A stretch of DNA of 64,000 nucleotides from Escherichia coli (GCF_003790525.1 NZ_CP033635.1), one strand, 5' to 3'; shown: positions 51,297 through 63,054, numbered from the stretch's first letter. Made by a program: numbers and translations. The notes: generated from the sequence alone by a model not told the origin.

Positions 51297-52901
51297 TCAA
51301 AATAAGCTATACTCTGAAAAAGGTGACGCAAATGACGGAATTAATTCCGGTGGAATATTAACGTGATATGCTTTCGCTTTATGAATATTCTCGGGTAGAA
51401 CAATATCAAACTGTTCGTAATACATTGCGCCTAAAGGAAGGAGGTAACCATTGTTACAATAAACAGAAACATAAAGTGCCTGATGCGATCGCATTCTGAT
51501 GATACATAAATACCCCTGACAGATTAACTGATTGAGTACAGGTGTAAGTTTTTCTGCTCTTCTCAGTCGATTGGGACCATATCTTTCAATGTCTGTTTTC
51601 CTGATAGCACGCCAATTATTCTGCCTTATTCGGGTCATAATCCATGCATACAGTTCACAGGCATCCTGTTCAAACTGGCATCGTGCAGACATGGGATAAA
51701 ATATTGTGCTCGCCTCCTCCAGATACCAGTCCATGAGATGCATAGCTTTAAAAAGCGCAATTGATTCAATTTCCTCAGCATCTTTATAGCAATAGCAGGT
51801 GAATATTCCAGCTATCCTCAGTATATTAGAACCTGCTTTCAGAACAATATCTCTGATGTGTTCCCACTCCCCGCCTGCAAGCGCTTTTCTTTCAATCTTA
51901 ATCTGGTTTTCCTGCCACTCCCCCAACGCTTTCTTCGCAAGTTTTAATGTCTTCCTTTCGGTGCTCATGCCGGGGAAATTAATGTTGTGGTTTAACAGGA
52001 ATCCGTTAATCTTTTTATGAAAGTTCTCCAGGGTTGATATTGTTCTGAACTCACCTCTCGTATAATCACGTATCCAGGAAGAACTTACAACCTGACTGAA
52101 CAGAAACCGGGAAAGAAATCCGCTTCCCCACGCCAGTACGTCATTTTTATTTATATAATTCGTAAAGACATCCGGCTGAGACATTAACGAAAATGTCAGA
52201 CGTGGCGCGATATGGTATTTCTCGTCAGCCCGTCCAAAATCAAACGGTTGCCCACTCCATGCTTTATTCAACAGGCCCGGATAATTTTTCAGATAGCTTC
52301 TGAAAAAAGTGACCGCCTCATCAGAAATAACCCCTGCCTCAGGATGTTCATTGAGCCCTTCCACAAGCGCTTTAAGCGAAACATCTTCATAGATAAAATT
52401 CGGTCGAACCGGACGTGTCGGTTTATTTCTTTCGTGATTACGCAGCGCCTCTTCTTCCTGTTCCCCCGGATACCCCCGGTTAACAACCTTTCTTAAATTG
52501 GCAGCAAGCGCTTTCTGCCGGGTATTCCAGATCTGTAGTTCAGTCTTATAATCTTTGTTTCTCTCTTCGTATTGTTGAATGAGTCGATCGGCAAATTCGT
52601 AACAGGGGTTCATCACCAGTCTGTTTATCGTTGTTTTTCCCGCGCCTGGCTCTGCGATTGCCAACAGATAAAGTGAGCAGGGTTCCGGCATGTTGGTGTG
52701 AGGATGAACAACGTCAACCAATGACTGACAGGAGAGTGAGAGCGTTGCCAGTACAGTATTAAAAATGAGCTCCAACGGAAGTTGGGTACTTTCATATAAG
52801 TCGTCAATGAGATACGCAAGCTCACTAGGAAATAATCTGTAGGTTAAATCAGCTGGGAAGTGGTGGGATGTCTGCAAGGATTGCACATAATCGGGATTCA
52901 T
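51297..52901 (-). CDS. DUF3987-like protein (YfjI-like; putative primase/helicase-associated)
   Basis: Start taken at second internal ATG (MNPDYVQSL) preceded by AGGAGG; P-loop-like AIAEPGAGKTT; about 534 aa. Confidence 0.5.
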   Translation of the reverse strand: MNPDYVQSLQTSHHFPADLTYRLFPSELAYLIDDLYESTQLPLELIFNTVLATLSLSCQSLVDVVHPHTNMPEPCSLYLLAIAEPGAGKTTINRLVMNPCYEFADRLIQQYEERNKDYKTELQIWNTRQKALAANLRKVVNRGYPGEQEEEALRNHERNKPTRPVRPNFIYEDVSLKALVEGLNEHPEAGVISDEAVTFFRSYLKNYPGLLNKAWSGQPFDFGRADEKYHIAPRLTFSLMSQPDVFTNYINKNDVLAWGSGFLSRFLFSQVVSSSWIRDYTRGEFRTISTLENFHKKINGFLLNHNINFPGMSTERKTLKLAKKALGEWQENQIKIERKALAGGEWEHIRDIVLKAGSNILRIAGIFTCYCYKDAEEIESIALFKAMHLMDWYLEEASTIFYPMSARCQFEQDACELYAWIMTRIRQNNWRAIRKTDIERYGPNRLRRAEKLTPVLNQLICQGYLCIIRMRSHQALYVSVYCNNGYLLPLGAMYYEQFDIVLPENIHKAKAYHVNIPPELIPSFASPFSEYSLF

Positions 52902-53274
52902 TGTAATGGACCTCCTTCGCATACTGTAATCAACGCAAAACTTACTGTTCAGTTCAGAAATATACCGACATTGTGAGTATGTTCGCTGACGTCGATAATA
53001 AAATGGCTTGTATCCATTCACCAGTCCCGACGCATTTATGATGCTGACAAAAGCAAAACGACATGGAGGTGCCTCAGAAGTCTGGCACCACAGCAACAAA
53101 CGATGGGGGCATGAAACACAGGGAACATTGCGCCCCTGAGCGTTGAGGATCTTCCACCTTGTATCCTGGTTCTTCGTTATCATGAGCAGCGAACAGATTT
53201 GGCAAAGCGTATGCAGCCTGGGGCCCCTTAGGGTTTAAGCCCATATGTAAGCAAATGGCGCATACGCTGAGCCA

Positions 53275-53317
<43 letters not shown>

Positions 53318-53334
53318 AGCAAGAATGGGCAATA

Positions 53335-53990
<656 letters not shown>

Positions 53991-54085
53991 AATGAATCCT
54001 GCCATCAGGTTACTCCATAATTTTGTTGGTCAAGACAGTTAATTACGTGACGTATGCTCAGGCACCGGATGCCGTTTTACAGGGC

Positions 54086-54817
54086 TCACCTGCCATCCAG
54101 TAGACGCCCCGGCCCACGACTGCAACCATAATTACGTTGCCCAGAACCGTCATGCTGCTTCGTCTCATACTTCACGAGATAACAGGCTCTCTCCATGGCT
54201 TTCTGCATCGCTTCCACATCACCACGCTTGACCCAGAGAACAGCGGCTTCACCCGGCTTTTTGTCTGAAGCCTTCCTGGTTTCAGAACATCCACCCGACA
54301 AAGGCGTATCATCGGAAGAAGGGCGAGCATCAGATGATGTCGGTTTACGGAAAGGCGTCCGCCTGGAAAAATGAACCAGTCCATTACCCTGCCAGGGCTC
54401 GAGATGCAGAGCACTGCACCATGCCAGCTTGATCAGCGTCGCCAGCGAAGAAGGAACGGTGAAATCCCCTGGCGAGCACCAGGTATCTTTGTTGAGCAGT
54501 AATATCACGTGATAATGTTTCCTGCCTTTTTCCTTGCCAAACTCCCGACACCAGAAATAACGCAGAGTGGTTGCACGCACACGCTTGTTGGCACGTCGTT
54601 TTTTCCGCTGGTAAGCCTGAATTTTTGCTTTCAGGGATTCGAAAAAACGAGAAATCACTGCTGAATCTAAATCGGTATCCATAATAGTGGCAGGCATATA
54701 CTCAGGAAAACGTAAATCCACCCGAATTAACGAGACGGCACGGTGCTGCACTAGGGCACTGTCGAGAAGGCTGTCAAAACGGGATAACCAGTAAGCATTG
54801 TGTATTGGTTGATTCAT
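54086..54817 (-). CDS. YfjJ/YagK-family (inovirus Gp2-like) protein, paralog 3
   Basis: 243 aa; ...KGRKHYHVILLLNKD... motif typical of the family. Confidence 0.6.
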   Translation of the reverse strand: MNQPIHNAYWLSRFDSLLDSALVQHRAVSLIRVDLRFPEYMPATIMDTDLDSAVISRFFESLKAKIQAYQRKKRRANKRVRATTLRYFWCREFGKEKGRKHYHVILLLNKDTWCSPGDFTVPSSLATLIKLAWCSALHLEPWQGNGLVHFSRRTPFRKPTSSDARPSSDDTPLSGGCSETRKASDKKPGEAAVLWVKRGDVEAMQKAMERACYLVKYETKQHDGSGQRNYGCSRGPGRLLDGR

Positions 54818-55669
54818 GATGAGAGATCTCCGTTGATTTGGATTGACTTCACATCATTAATCACTGCGGTAAAACTTTACGGCATCCCGCCATTGAGCAA
54901 CGCCAATGGCTCCTGATTAAAACAGAATGAATCCCCCACGAAGAAAAGATAAACCTACACGCAGGGTAAAACACACAACAACGGCATAAATGGTTTTTAA
55001 AAACTACAAAGCCCGAAGGGAAACGGATCAACAGAACGTGCAAACAAAACACCAAAAACGCAATCAGAACGCTTTCTGCTGCTGTGAATCAACAACAATA
55101 CCAAAACCTACAGCTTAACCACAAAACTCAATCACAGAGCCGAATAGCGCGTTTAAAACCTGTTTACAGATAACCCTGCCCCGAGAACAAAAACCACCAA
55201 CATCAGAATCGATTTTCTTATCCTGAAAACGTTACTTTTCAACACACCATAAAAACGATTAACCATCGATAACGTAAATCTCATCTGAATCAAAACACCA
55301 GAACCAATCATCACGCTTTTTCTGAAAAGAGCCTTATGATGAAGATAATCACCTTGCACTGAGAAAAAACACCAGGGCCAGTTAATCATCTCATCAATCT
55401 CATCGTTACAAAATCATCCATAAAACCATTTAACAAAATCATCGTAAGCACACAGTAAATCACGCCAGGTTATCTCAGCCGGATTTGCGTTTTACATAAA
55501 AACACTTGTCTCAGGTTAACGACTAAAAACACGAAAACTCATAAAAGGTTAAATGTAACATCAGAAAAATAGAATATCATATTGATTGCTTAAACAGGAA
55601 AGATTGTTTTGTAGTAGCATTAAGCTGATTTTAGTTAACGTAAAAACAGGACTGACAGGTTTACTAAAC

Positions 55670-55890
55670 TGGATGTGTATCAGACAAAGCAATGTGTATA
55701 ACAATACTTAATGAAAACACTTGTAGAATTGTTTATGAAAACATGTGTATGTCTGGTAAAACACTTAGTAGAAAATACGTGTATAACACTTACTGAAATG
55801 CTTAGTAAAAACACTTAGTAAAATATGTGTAGAATTATCTATTTAAAAAGATATGTATATAACACTTAATAAAAACATGTGTATATAGTA
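55670..55890. repeat. degenerate direct repeats (iteron-like) in AT-rich ORF-free region
   Basis: Recurring modules tgtgtat(a)aacacttagta / gtagaatt at about 55674, 55693, 55744, 55764, 55792, 55811, 55826, 55861, 55877. Confidence 0.5.
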
Positions 55891-56567
55891 TCATACCGAC
55901 ATTCTCAACATCTTCAGACACTCATGCAGACTGAATGTTCGTTTCAGTTTTTCACGGCCAGCATGGGGATTTTTGTTCTGAAAACGGAGCAGATTTACTC
56001 TGGAATTATTTTTCTGTCCCCGTATTTCAGGCCCCAGAAAAGACAATCCGAAGCAAACCGTTTGTCAGCTTCCATATCATCTTTTACCCCCGGAAAGTGA
56101 TCGCGTTTTACAACCAGAATGACAGCCATACTGATTATGTCGTCTCCCGGCCCCCTTCACATATAACATGCATGCCTGTCATTGCTTACTGCTCCACATG
56201 ACAGGATTTCACATACAGGATGCGCATTCAGTGTTTTTATCGCCACTATAACAGACAGATTACTGTCGCTTTTACTCTTCAGATTGTTAATCTGACCACA
56301 AGAACAGTCGAACAGTACAACGACACACCCAAGGAGGATATGAGCAGTAGTTGATAGCATGTTTTAATTTATTATGAATAGATCAAGAATAGATCGTGAA
56401 TAGTTAGAGAATAGTTCTTCAGCATCTCACAGAGTGATCAAGCCTTGAAGTGATTGCTTTTTGAACACAAGTCCGGATGCAATGTTTTTTTGTTAACTTC
56501 CTTGCATATTCGATTTCCATGTGATAGTGAAAATCACCAGAAGAGAATGCGATTGAGGCGTAATCAG

Positions 56568-57377
56568 ATGAAACAATATGAAGATGGTTATAACGTGAAT
56601 GGATATAGCTGGGAAAATGAAACAATTGAGTATTTGTTGAATGATAAACAACTGACAGATAATCACATACCTGAATGGGTTAAAAAAAATGAAATTGCAG
56701 CATTCTGGTTCTGGTTAGTTATAATTAACACAGATCCCAAACTCCTTGGGGTTCGTAATGAATTAGGGTTCAATACAGCCATGATGGGGCTGATTCCTGC
56801 GGGGAGTATACCCATAACAACAATTCCTTCAGATCATGAAATGAGACTGGATGTTATAAGCAAATGGATTAATGCATTAATCCTTGACAATCAATCAGAT
56901 TGCTTCATCTCAACAATGCATCAAAACTGGCTGCAGATCGAAAAGAGAAACGAAGCCAAATGGCTTAAAAAGAATACAGAACAACTCGAATGGGCATGGA
57001 AATATATCAATGCACGCATCCCGCACACGTATCTTTCCTGGTTTTATCCTGTAAGTGATAACGAAAGATACATTGCTATCGTAGTTTTACTAAAAATTTT
57101 ATTCCCCGCAGATACACCATACTTACAGCAGCCAAAAGTACTTCACTATGGGGTTGCCGCAAAAGAAAAATTTTTCGACAAGATGCACAATGCATTCCGA
57201 AAACAGTTTACCGACGGAAAAAAAGATAAGCGGGTACAAATCAACGTTAAAATATCATCAGATGCAAAACGTACTCTGGACAGACTGACCAGAGAACTGA
57301 AAACAACACAACAGGCTGTCCTGGAACATCTGATTCAGAACCACAGGCTGGTGATTCAGAACCACAGACTGTATTAA
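56568..57377 (+). CDS. hypothetical protein
   Basis: Start at ATG 56568 with GAGG upstream; about 269 aa; C-terminus encoded by an 18-bp tandem duplication (IQNHRLVIQNHRL); no family recognised. Confidence 0.4.
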   Translation: MKQYEDGYNVNGYSWENETIEYLLNDKQLTDNHIPEWVKKNEIAAFWFWLVIINTDPKLLGVRNELGFNTAMMGLIPAGSIPITTIPSDHEMRLDVISKWINALILDNQSDCFISTMHQNWLQIEKRNEAKWLKKNTEQLEWAWKYINARIPHTYLSWFYPVSDNERYIAIVVLLKILFPADTPYLQQPKVLHYGVAAKEKFFDKMHNAFRKQFTDGKKDKRVQINVKISSDAKRTLDRLTRELKTTQQAVLEHLIQNHRLVIQNHRLY

Positions 57378-58306
57378 CTTTCACCACTTCTGCTCCTGCC
57401 GATTTTCTTCTTTTGGTAGTGTCTCCTGGCTGCGGATATCAGATACTTTTCCGTCATTTTGTTGCAGAACTCTTCAATGTAGTTAATCATTTTCTGGTGT
57501 GCTTTCAGCTTTTCTTCCCCGGGGGACGCTTTCAGATAAATGTCCTCCTTTTCCACAAGCGCATTGACAAACTCCCCTAAACATCCCTGGTTATAAAGCG
57601 ACGTGAAAAACAACACATCCCCCAGTCTCTCCAGTAACTGTGGTTTATCCCCGAAATGTTTTTTTATACTTTCAAAAGGTTTTCTATTTTCCGGATCAAA
57701 AAAAACACTTAATCCCAGTCGCTTATATTCCTGGTAAAAAAGTTCAAACGTCGGGGATGCTGAACGGCAAATAAACGAAGACTGCGCCCATGGATTAAAA
57801 TCTGTGACACGCCTCCCCTCCCGCACTTCCTGTCGTGTCAGCGGTGGTTCAGCAAACCAGGCGTCCAGCTCAGCCGAATCGTTATCCCTGCTCAAAACCT
57901 CATACAAACTGCCCGTGAACGGTTGAGCCGTTTGTTTTGTTGCTTCGCCTTCTGATTGTCTGAATCCATCCACTTTTCTCCGGATATTACGCGGAATCAG
58001 CATAAAAGGCGGGACATTAAGTGATAAACGTTTACCCGTCATGCGATACCATTGACCTACCTCAACCTTAATCCGTGTATCTGACTTTAGCTCAAGTGCC
58101 ATTATGTTAAGCAGGTACAGATAACGCACCGTATAACGATTAAAATGTTTCTCCGGATCAAACGATTCTGACCGTTCTCCTCTGTACACGAGTCTGCTGC
58201 GCTTCAGTATTCGCAGAGTATATTTCCAGGCCGGACTTTTACAAATGGCGGTAACTCTGGCCTTATTAACAATGTCGCGTAATGCATCAATCTGTTGTGC
58301 AGTCAT
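57374..58306 (-). CDS. hypothetical protein
   Basis: About 310 aa, convergent with and overlapping by 4 nt the 56568-57377 gene; no family recognised. Confidence 0.4.
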   Translation of the reverse strand: MTAQQIDALRDIVNKARVTAICKSPAWKYTLRILKRSRLVYRGERSESFDPEKHFNRYTVRYLYLLNIMALELKSDTRIKVEVGQWYRMTGKRLSLNVPPFMLIPRNIRRKVDGFRQSEGEATKQTAQPFTGSLYEVLSRDNDSAELDAWFAEPPLTRQEVREGRRVTDFNPWAQSSFICRSASPTFELFYQEYKRLGLSVFFDPENRKPFESIKKHFGDKPQLLERLGDVLFFTSLYNQGCLGEFVNALVEKEDIYLKASPGEEKLKAHQKMINYIEEFCNKMTEKYLISAARRHYQKKKIGRSRSGES

Positions 58307-58412
58307 CTCTTCCCTCCACACTTTGTCACTCCAGATTTTTTCACGCCCATATTACCTGAATGATAAACCGGATTAGTGTGATCCGGTTCAGTGAAATCAA
58401 CAGGATACCGGT

Positions 58413-59297
58413 ATGTCATTCAGCCATTCTTCCCTCTCCGCACAAGTGAAATCATATCTGACGTTTCTTCCTGAAGAAATTCGCCAGAAAATCCTTGAAC
58501 ATCTCCACGGTGTTATTCATTACGAGCCCGTGATTGGCATTATGGGTAAATCCGGCACCGGCAAAAGCAGTCTGTGTAATGCCATTTTTCAGTCCCGTAT
58601 CTGCGCCACGCATCCCCTGAACGGCTGCACCCGCCAGGCTCATCGCCTCACCCTGCAGATTGGTGAACGCAGAATGACGCTGGTCGATCTGCCCGGCATT
58701 GGTGAAACACCGCAGCATGATCAGGAATACCGGGAGCTTTACCGTCAGTTACTGCCGGAACTGGATCTGATTATCTGGATCCTGCGGGCTGATGAACGTG
58801 CGTATGCTGCTGATATTGCCATGCATCAGTTTTTACTGAATGAAGGTGCAGATCCCTCGCGTTTTCTGTTTGTTCTCAGCCATGCCGATCGCGTGTTTCC
58901 TGCTGAAGAATGGAACGACGCAGAAAAATGCCCGTCCCGTCAGCAGGAACTCTCACTGGCGACAGTAACAGCCCGGGTGGCCACCCTGTTCCCGTCATCA
59001 TTTCCGGTACTCTCCGTTGCAGCGCCTGTCGGCTGGAATCTTCCGGCACTGGTGTCACTGATGATCCACGCACTGCCACCACAGGCAACCAGCGCGGTTT
59101 ATTCACATATCCGGGGGGAAAACCGCTCTGAACAGGCCCGGAAACACGCACAACAGACTTTTGGTGACGCCATCGGGAAAAGTTTTGACGACGCCGTTGC
59201 CCGGTTCAGTTTTCCGGCCTGGATGTTACAGCTTCTGCGTAAAGCCCGGGCCCGCATTATCCACCTACTGGTCACACTGTGGGATCACCTGTTCTGA
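58413..59297 (+). CDS. YfjP/YeeP/YkfA-family GTPase
   Basis: P-loop GKSGTGKSS, G3 DLPG, and conserved island position. Confidence 0.75.
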   Translation: MSFSHSSLSAQVKSYLTFLPEEIRQKILEHLHGVIHYEPVIGIMGKSGTGKSSLCNAIFQSRICATHPLNGCTRQAHRLTLQIGERRMTLVDLPGIGETPQHDQEYRELYRQLLPELDLIIWILRADERAYAADIAMHQFLLNEGADPSRFLFVLSHADRVFPAEEWNDAEKCPSRQQELSLATVTARVATLFPSSFPVLSVAAPVGWNLPALVSLMIHALPPQATSAVYSHIRGENRSEQARKHAQQTFGDAIGKSFDDAVARFSFPAWMLQLLRKARARIIHLLVTLWDHLF

Positions 59298-59415
59298 GCG
59301 CCCCGGAGTCCCCCGTGGCAACCGTATACCTTTACACGACAACGGATTACGGTAACCACTGCCGTATACCGTCTGTCATTATCAATAACACGCTCTTTAA
59401 TTTCAGAGGTCAGTC

Positions 59416-60093
59416 ATGAATACCAGAATGCTTTTTCCCCTGCTGTTCACTGTGGCATCCTTCTCCACCTCCGCCGGTAACTGGGCTGTCAAAAACGGCT
59501 GGTGTCAGACCATGACGGAAGATGGTCAGGCGCTGGTAATGCTGAAAAATGGCACGATTGGTATTACCGGCCTGATGCAGGGATGCCCGAATGGCGTACA
59601 GACGCTCCTGGGCAGCCGTATCAGTATTAACGGTAACCTGATCCCCACATCACAAATGTGTAATCAGCAGACAGGATTCAGGGCTGTTGAGGTGGAAGTC
59701 GGACAGGCGCCGGAAATGGTCAAAAAAGCCGTTCACTCCATAGCAGAGCGTGATGTGTCCGTTTTACAGGCATTTGGTGTACGAATGGAATTCACCCGCG
59801 GTGATATGCTGAAGGTCTGTCCGAAATTTGTCACATCACTTGCCGGTTTTTCCCCGAAACAGACACCCGCCATTAATAAAGATTCCGTCCTGCAGGCTGC
59901 CCGGCTGGCATACGCCCGGGAATATGACGAGGAAACAACAGAAACCGCTGATTTTGGCTCTTACGAAGTAAAAGGCAATAAGGTTGAGTTTGAAGTGTTC
60001 AATCCTGAAGACCGTGCGTACGACAAAGTGACCGTCACGGTTGGTGCTGACGGTAATGCCACCGGTGCCAGCGTTGAATTTATCGGAAAATAG
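59416..60093 (+). CDS. hypothetical exported protein
   Basis: Signal peptide MNTRMLFPLLFTVASFSTSA; 225 aa. Confidence 0.45.
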   Translation: MNTRMLFPLLFTVASFSTSAGNWAVKNGWCQTMTEDGQALVMLKNGTIGITGLMQGCPNGVQTLLGSRISINGNLIPTSQMCNQQTGFRAVEVEVGQAPEMVKKAVHSIAERDVSVLQAFGVRMEFTRGDMLKVCPKFVTSLAGFSPKQTPAINKDSVLQAARLAYAREYDEETTETADFGSYEVKGNKVEFEVFNPEDRAYDKVTVTVGADGNATGASVEFIGK

Positions 60094-60122
60094 CCGGTAT
60101 GTCGGACTGTCACCCTGTTTAA

Positions 60123-60332
60123 TTGCCCGAAGGCCCTTTCTCACGCGAACAGGCGGTTGCCGTCACAACAGCTTACCGCAATGTGCTTATTGAAGATGAC
60201 CAGGGAACGCATTTCCGGCTGGTTATCCGTAATGCTGAAGGTCAGTTGCGCTGGCGGTACTGGAATTTTGAATCCGATGCCGGAAAACAGCTTAATGTGT
60301 GGCTCGCCAGTGAAGGGCTTCTCAGACAATAA
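60123..60332 (+). CDS. small hypothetical protein (TTG start in ORF track)
   Basis: 69-aa ORF between exported protein and DUF932 gene; uncertain. Confidence 0.25.
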   Translation: MPEGPFSREQAVAVTTAYRNVLIEDDQGTHFRLVIRNAEGQLRWRYWNFESDAGKQLNVWLASEGLLRQ

Positions 60333-60422
60333 ACGTCATTCATTTCATCCATCAGGCCGCGTCTTCTCCGGGAGGCGCGGCTTTTTCATTTATATCGCTA
60401 ACTCATTCATAAGGAGCAAATC

Positions 60423-61241
60423 ATGCGATTAGCAAGTCGTTTTGGTTATGCGAACCAGATACGCCGTGACCGCCCCTTAACTCGCGAAGAACTGATGCAG
60501 GTCGTCCCCAGCGTATTCGGGGAAGATAAGCACACATCCAGAAGCGAGAACTATACCTGGATCCCCACCATCACCGTGCTGGAAAGCCTGCAGCGGGAAG
60601 GCTTTCAGCCCTTCTTTGCCTGCCAGACCCGCGTACGTGACCCGGGCCGCCGGGGGTATACCAAACACATGCTGCGTCTGCGCCGTGACGGGGAGATAAA
60701 CGGACAACATGTCCCTGAAATCATCCTGCTGAACTCCCATGACGGTACCTCCAGCTACCAGATGCTGCCGGGTTACTTCAGGTTCGTCTGCCAGAACGGC
60801 TGCGTCTGTGGTCAGTCTCTGGGGGAAGTGCGTGTTCCGCACCGGGGAAATGTGGTGGACAGAGTCATTGAAGGGGCTTACGAAGTGGTGGGCGTTTTTG
60901 ACCGGATTGAGGAAAAGCGTGATGCCATGCAGTCGCTGGTCCTGCCGCCACCGGCACGCCAGGCGCTGGCACAGGCGGCACTGACTTACCGTTATGGTGA
61001 CGAACATCAGCCCGTCACCACCGCCGACATTCTGACGCCACGACGCCGGGAGGATTACGGTAAGGACCTGTGGAGTGCTTATCAGACCATCCAGGAAAAT
61101 ATGCTGAAAGGCGGGATTTCTGGTCGCAGCGCTAAAGGAAAACGTATCCACACCCGTGCCATTCACAGCATCGACACGGACATTAAGCTCAATCGCGCAT
61201 TGTGGGTGATGGCAGAAACGCTGCTGGAGAGCATGCGCTGA
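60423..61241 (+). CDS. DUF932-family protein (YfjQ/YafZ-like)
   Basis: 272 aa in the conserved CP4-island position; family assignment by recall. Confidence 0.65.
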   Translation: MRLASRFGYANQIRRDRPLTREELMQVVPSVFGEDKHTSRSENYTWIPTITVLESLQREGFQPFFACQTRVRDPGRRGYTKHMLRLRRDGEINGQHVPEIILLNSHDGTSSYQMLPGYFRFVCQNGCVCGQSLGEVRVPHRGNVVDRVIEGAYEVVGVFDRIEEKRDAMQSLVLPPPARQALAQAALTYRYGDEHQPVTTADILTPRRREDYGKDLWSAYQTIQENMLKGGISGRSAKGKRIHTRAIHSIDTDIKLNRALWVMAETLLESMR

Positions 61242-61332
61242 TGCTGTTTCCCTGAAAGTGCAACCCTGACTCACGTCTGTACCAGTCCCCGGGCATTCTT
61301 CCATTCATTTACTTTTTATAAGGAATCATCTC

Positions 61333-61818
61333 ATGACAACCTTTTCGCATAGCTCCACCACGCCTTCTGTTTCCGTAACCACTGCACCAGGGAATAACCA
61401 GTCTCAACTGGTTGCCACTCCCGTCCCTGATGAACAGCGCATCAGTTTCTGGCCGCAACATTTTGGCCTCATTCCACAGTGGGTGACCCTGGAGCCCCGT
61501 GTCTTCGGCTGGATGGACCGTCTTTGCGAAGACTACTGCGGTGGTATCTGGAATCTGTACACCCTGAACAACGGTGGGGCATTTATGGTACCCGAACCGG
61601 ATGACGATGATGACGAAACATGGGTACTGTTCAATGCCATGAACGGCAACCGCGCTGAAATGAGCCCGGAAGCCGCCGGCATTGCCGCCTGTCTGATGGC
61701 GTACAGTCATCACGCCTGTCGTACAGAGAATTATGCCATGACGGTCCATTATTATCGGTTGCGGGATTACGCCCTGCAGCATCCGGAATGCAACGCCATT
61801 ATGCGCATCATCGACTGA
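61333..61818 (+). CDS. antirestriction protein (KlcA/ArdB family, YfjX/YafX-like)
   Basis: ...FWPQHFGLIPQWVTLEPRVFGWMDRLCEDYCGGIWNLYTLNNGGAFMVP resembles KlcA/ArdB. Confidence 0.7.
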   Translation: MTTFSHSSTTPSVSVTTAPGNNQSQLVATPVPDEQRISFWPQHFGLIPQWVTLEPRVFGWMDRLCEDYCGGIWNLYTLNNGGAFMVPEPDDDDDETWVLFNAMNGNRAEMSPEAAGIAACLMAYSHHACRTENYAMTVHYYRLRDYALQHPECNAIMRIID

Positions 61819-61833
61819 ATGGAGAGAAGCACA

Positions 61834-62310
61834 ATGCAACAGCTTTCCTTTCTGCCCGGAGAGATGACGCCCGGCGAGCGCAGCCTCATTCTGCGGGCCC
61901 TGAAAACCCTGGACCGCCATCTTCATGAACCCGGTGTGGCCTTCACCTCCACGCATGCGGCACGGGAATGGCTGATTCTGAACATGGCGGGACTGGAGCG
62001 GGAAGAGTTCCGGGTACTGTATCTGAACAACCAGAATCAGCTGATTGCCGGTGAAACCCTCTTCACAGGCACCATCAACCGCACGGAAGTCCATCCCCGG
62101 GAGGTAATTAAACGTGCCCTGTACCACAATGCCGCTGCCGTGATACTGGCACACAACCACCCGTCCGGTGAAGTCACCCCCAGTAAGGCAGATCGCCTTA
62201 TCACGGAACGCCTGGTACAGGCACTGGCCCTGGTGGATATCCGGGTACCGGACCATCTGATAGTTGGTGGCAACCAGGTTTTCTCCTTTGCGGAACACGG
62301 TCTGCTTTAA
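61834..62310 (+). CDS. RadC-like JAB-domain protein (YeeS/YkfG/YfjY-like)
   Basis: JAMM motif HNHPSGEVTPSKAD; start at MQQLSFL. Confidence 0.8.
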   Translation: MQQLSFLPGEMTPGERSLILRALKTLDRHLHEPGVAFTSTHAAREWLILNMAGLEREEFRVLYLNNQNQLIAGETLFTGTINRTEVHPREVIKRALYHNAAAVILAHNHPSGEVTPSKADRLITERLVQALALVDIRVPDHLIVGGNQVFSFAEHGLL

Positions 62311-62378
62311 CCCGTCACCGCCACAACCATATCACACCTGTTTTCACTTTTATCTTCTGTCTTCAGAGGTATCCCACT

Positions 62379-62600
62379 ATGAAAATCATCACCCGTGGCG
62401 AAGCCATGCGTATTCACCGTCAGCATCCGGCATCCCGTCTTTTTCCGTTCTGTACCGGCAAATACCGCTGGCACGGCAGTGCTGAAGCGTATACCGGTCG
62501 TGAAGTGCAGGATATTCCCGGTGTGCTGGCCGTGTTTGCTGAACGCCGTAAGGACAGTTTTGGCCCGTATGTCCGGCTGATGAGCGTCACCCTGAACTGA
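62379..62600 (+). CDS. DUF987-family protein (YeeT/YkfH-like)
   Basis: 73 aa MKIITRGEAMRIHRQHPASRLFPFCTGKYRWHGSAEAYTGREVQDIPGVLAVFAERR. Confidence 0.7.
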   Translation: MKIITRGEAMRIHRQHPASRLFPFCTGKYRWHGSAEAYTGREVQDIPGVLAVFAERRKDSFGPYVRLMSVTLN

Positions 62601-62679
62601 GTCTGGAAGGGCATTCAGAAGAGCAGAATTATCGCCACCACCGGACCATTCTTAACCAATTTTCTGTGAGGATTTTATC

Positions 62680-63054
62680 GTGTCAGACACTCTCCCCGGG
62701 ACAACGCATCCCGACGATAACAACGACCGCCCCTGGTGGGGGCTACCCTGCACCGTGACGCCCTGTTTTGGGGCACGTCTGGTGCAGGAGGGTAACCGGT
62801 TGCATTACCTTGCAGACCGCGCCGGTATCAGAGGCCGGTTCAGCGACGCGGATGCGTACCATCTGGACCAGGCCTTTCCGCTGCTGATGAAACAACTGGA
62901 ACTCATGCTCACCAGCGGTGAACTGAATCCCCGCCATCAGCATACCGTCACGCTGTATGCAAAAGGGCTGACCTGCAAAGCCGATACCCTCAGCAGTTGT
63001 GGTTACGTTTATATGGCTGTTTATCCGACACTGGCACCCGCAACCACCTCATAA
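62680..63054 (+). CDS. cbeA: type IV toxin-antitoxin antitoxin CbeA (YeeU family)
   Basis: MSDTLPGTTHPDDNNDRPWWGLPCTVTPCFGARLVQEGNRLHYLADRAGIRG... matches YeeU/CbeA as recalled. Confidence 0.8.
   Translation: MSDTLPGTTHPDDNNDRPWWGLPCTVTPCFGARLVQEGNRLHYLADRAGIRGRFSDADAYHLDQAFPLLMKQLELMLTSGELNPRHQHTVTLYAKGLTCKADTLSSCGYVYMAVYPTLAPATTS

Noticed and set aside
60477-61304. 275-aa minus-strand ORF antisense to the DUF932 gene
   Set aside because: Fully overlaps a conserved island gene on the other strand; no recognisable domains
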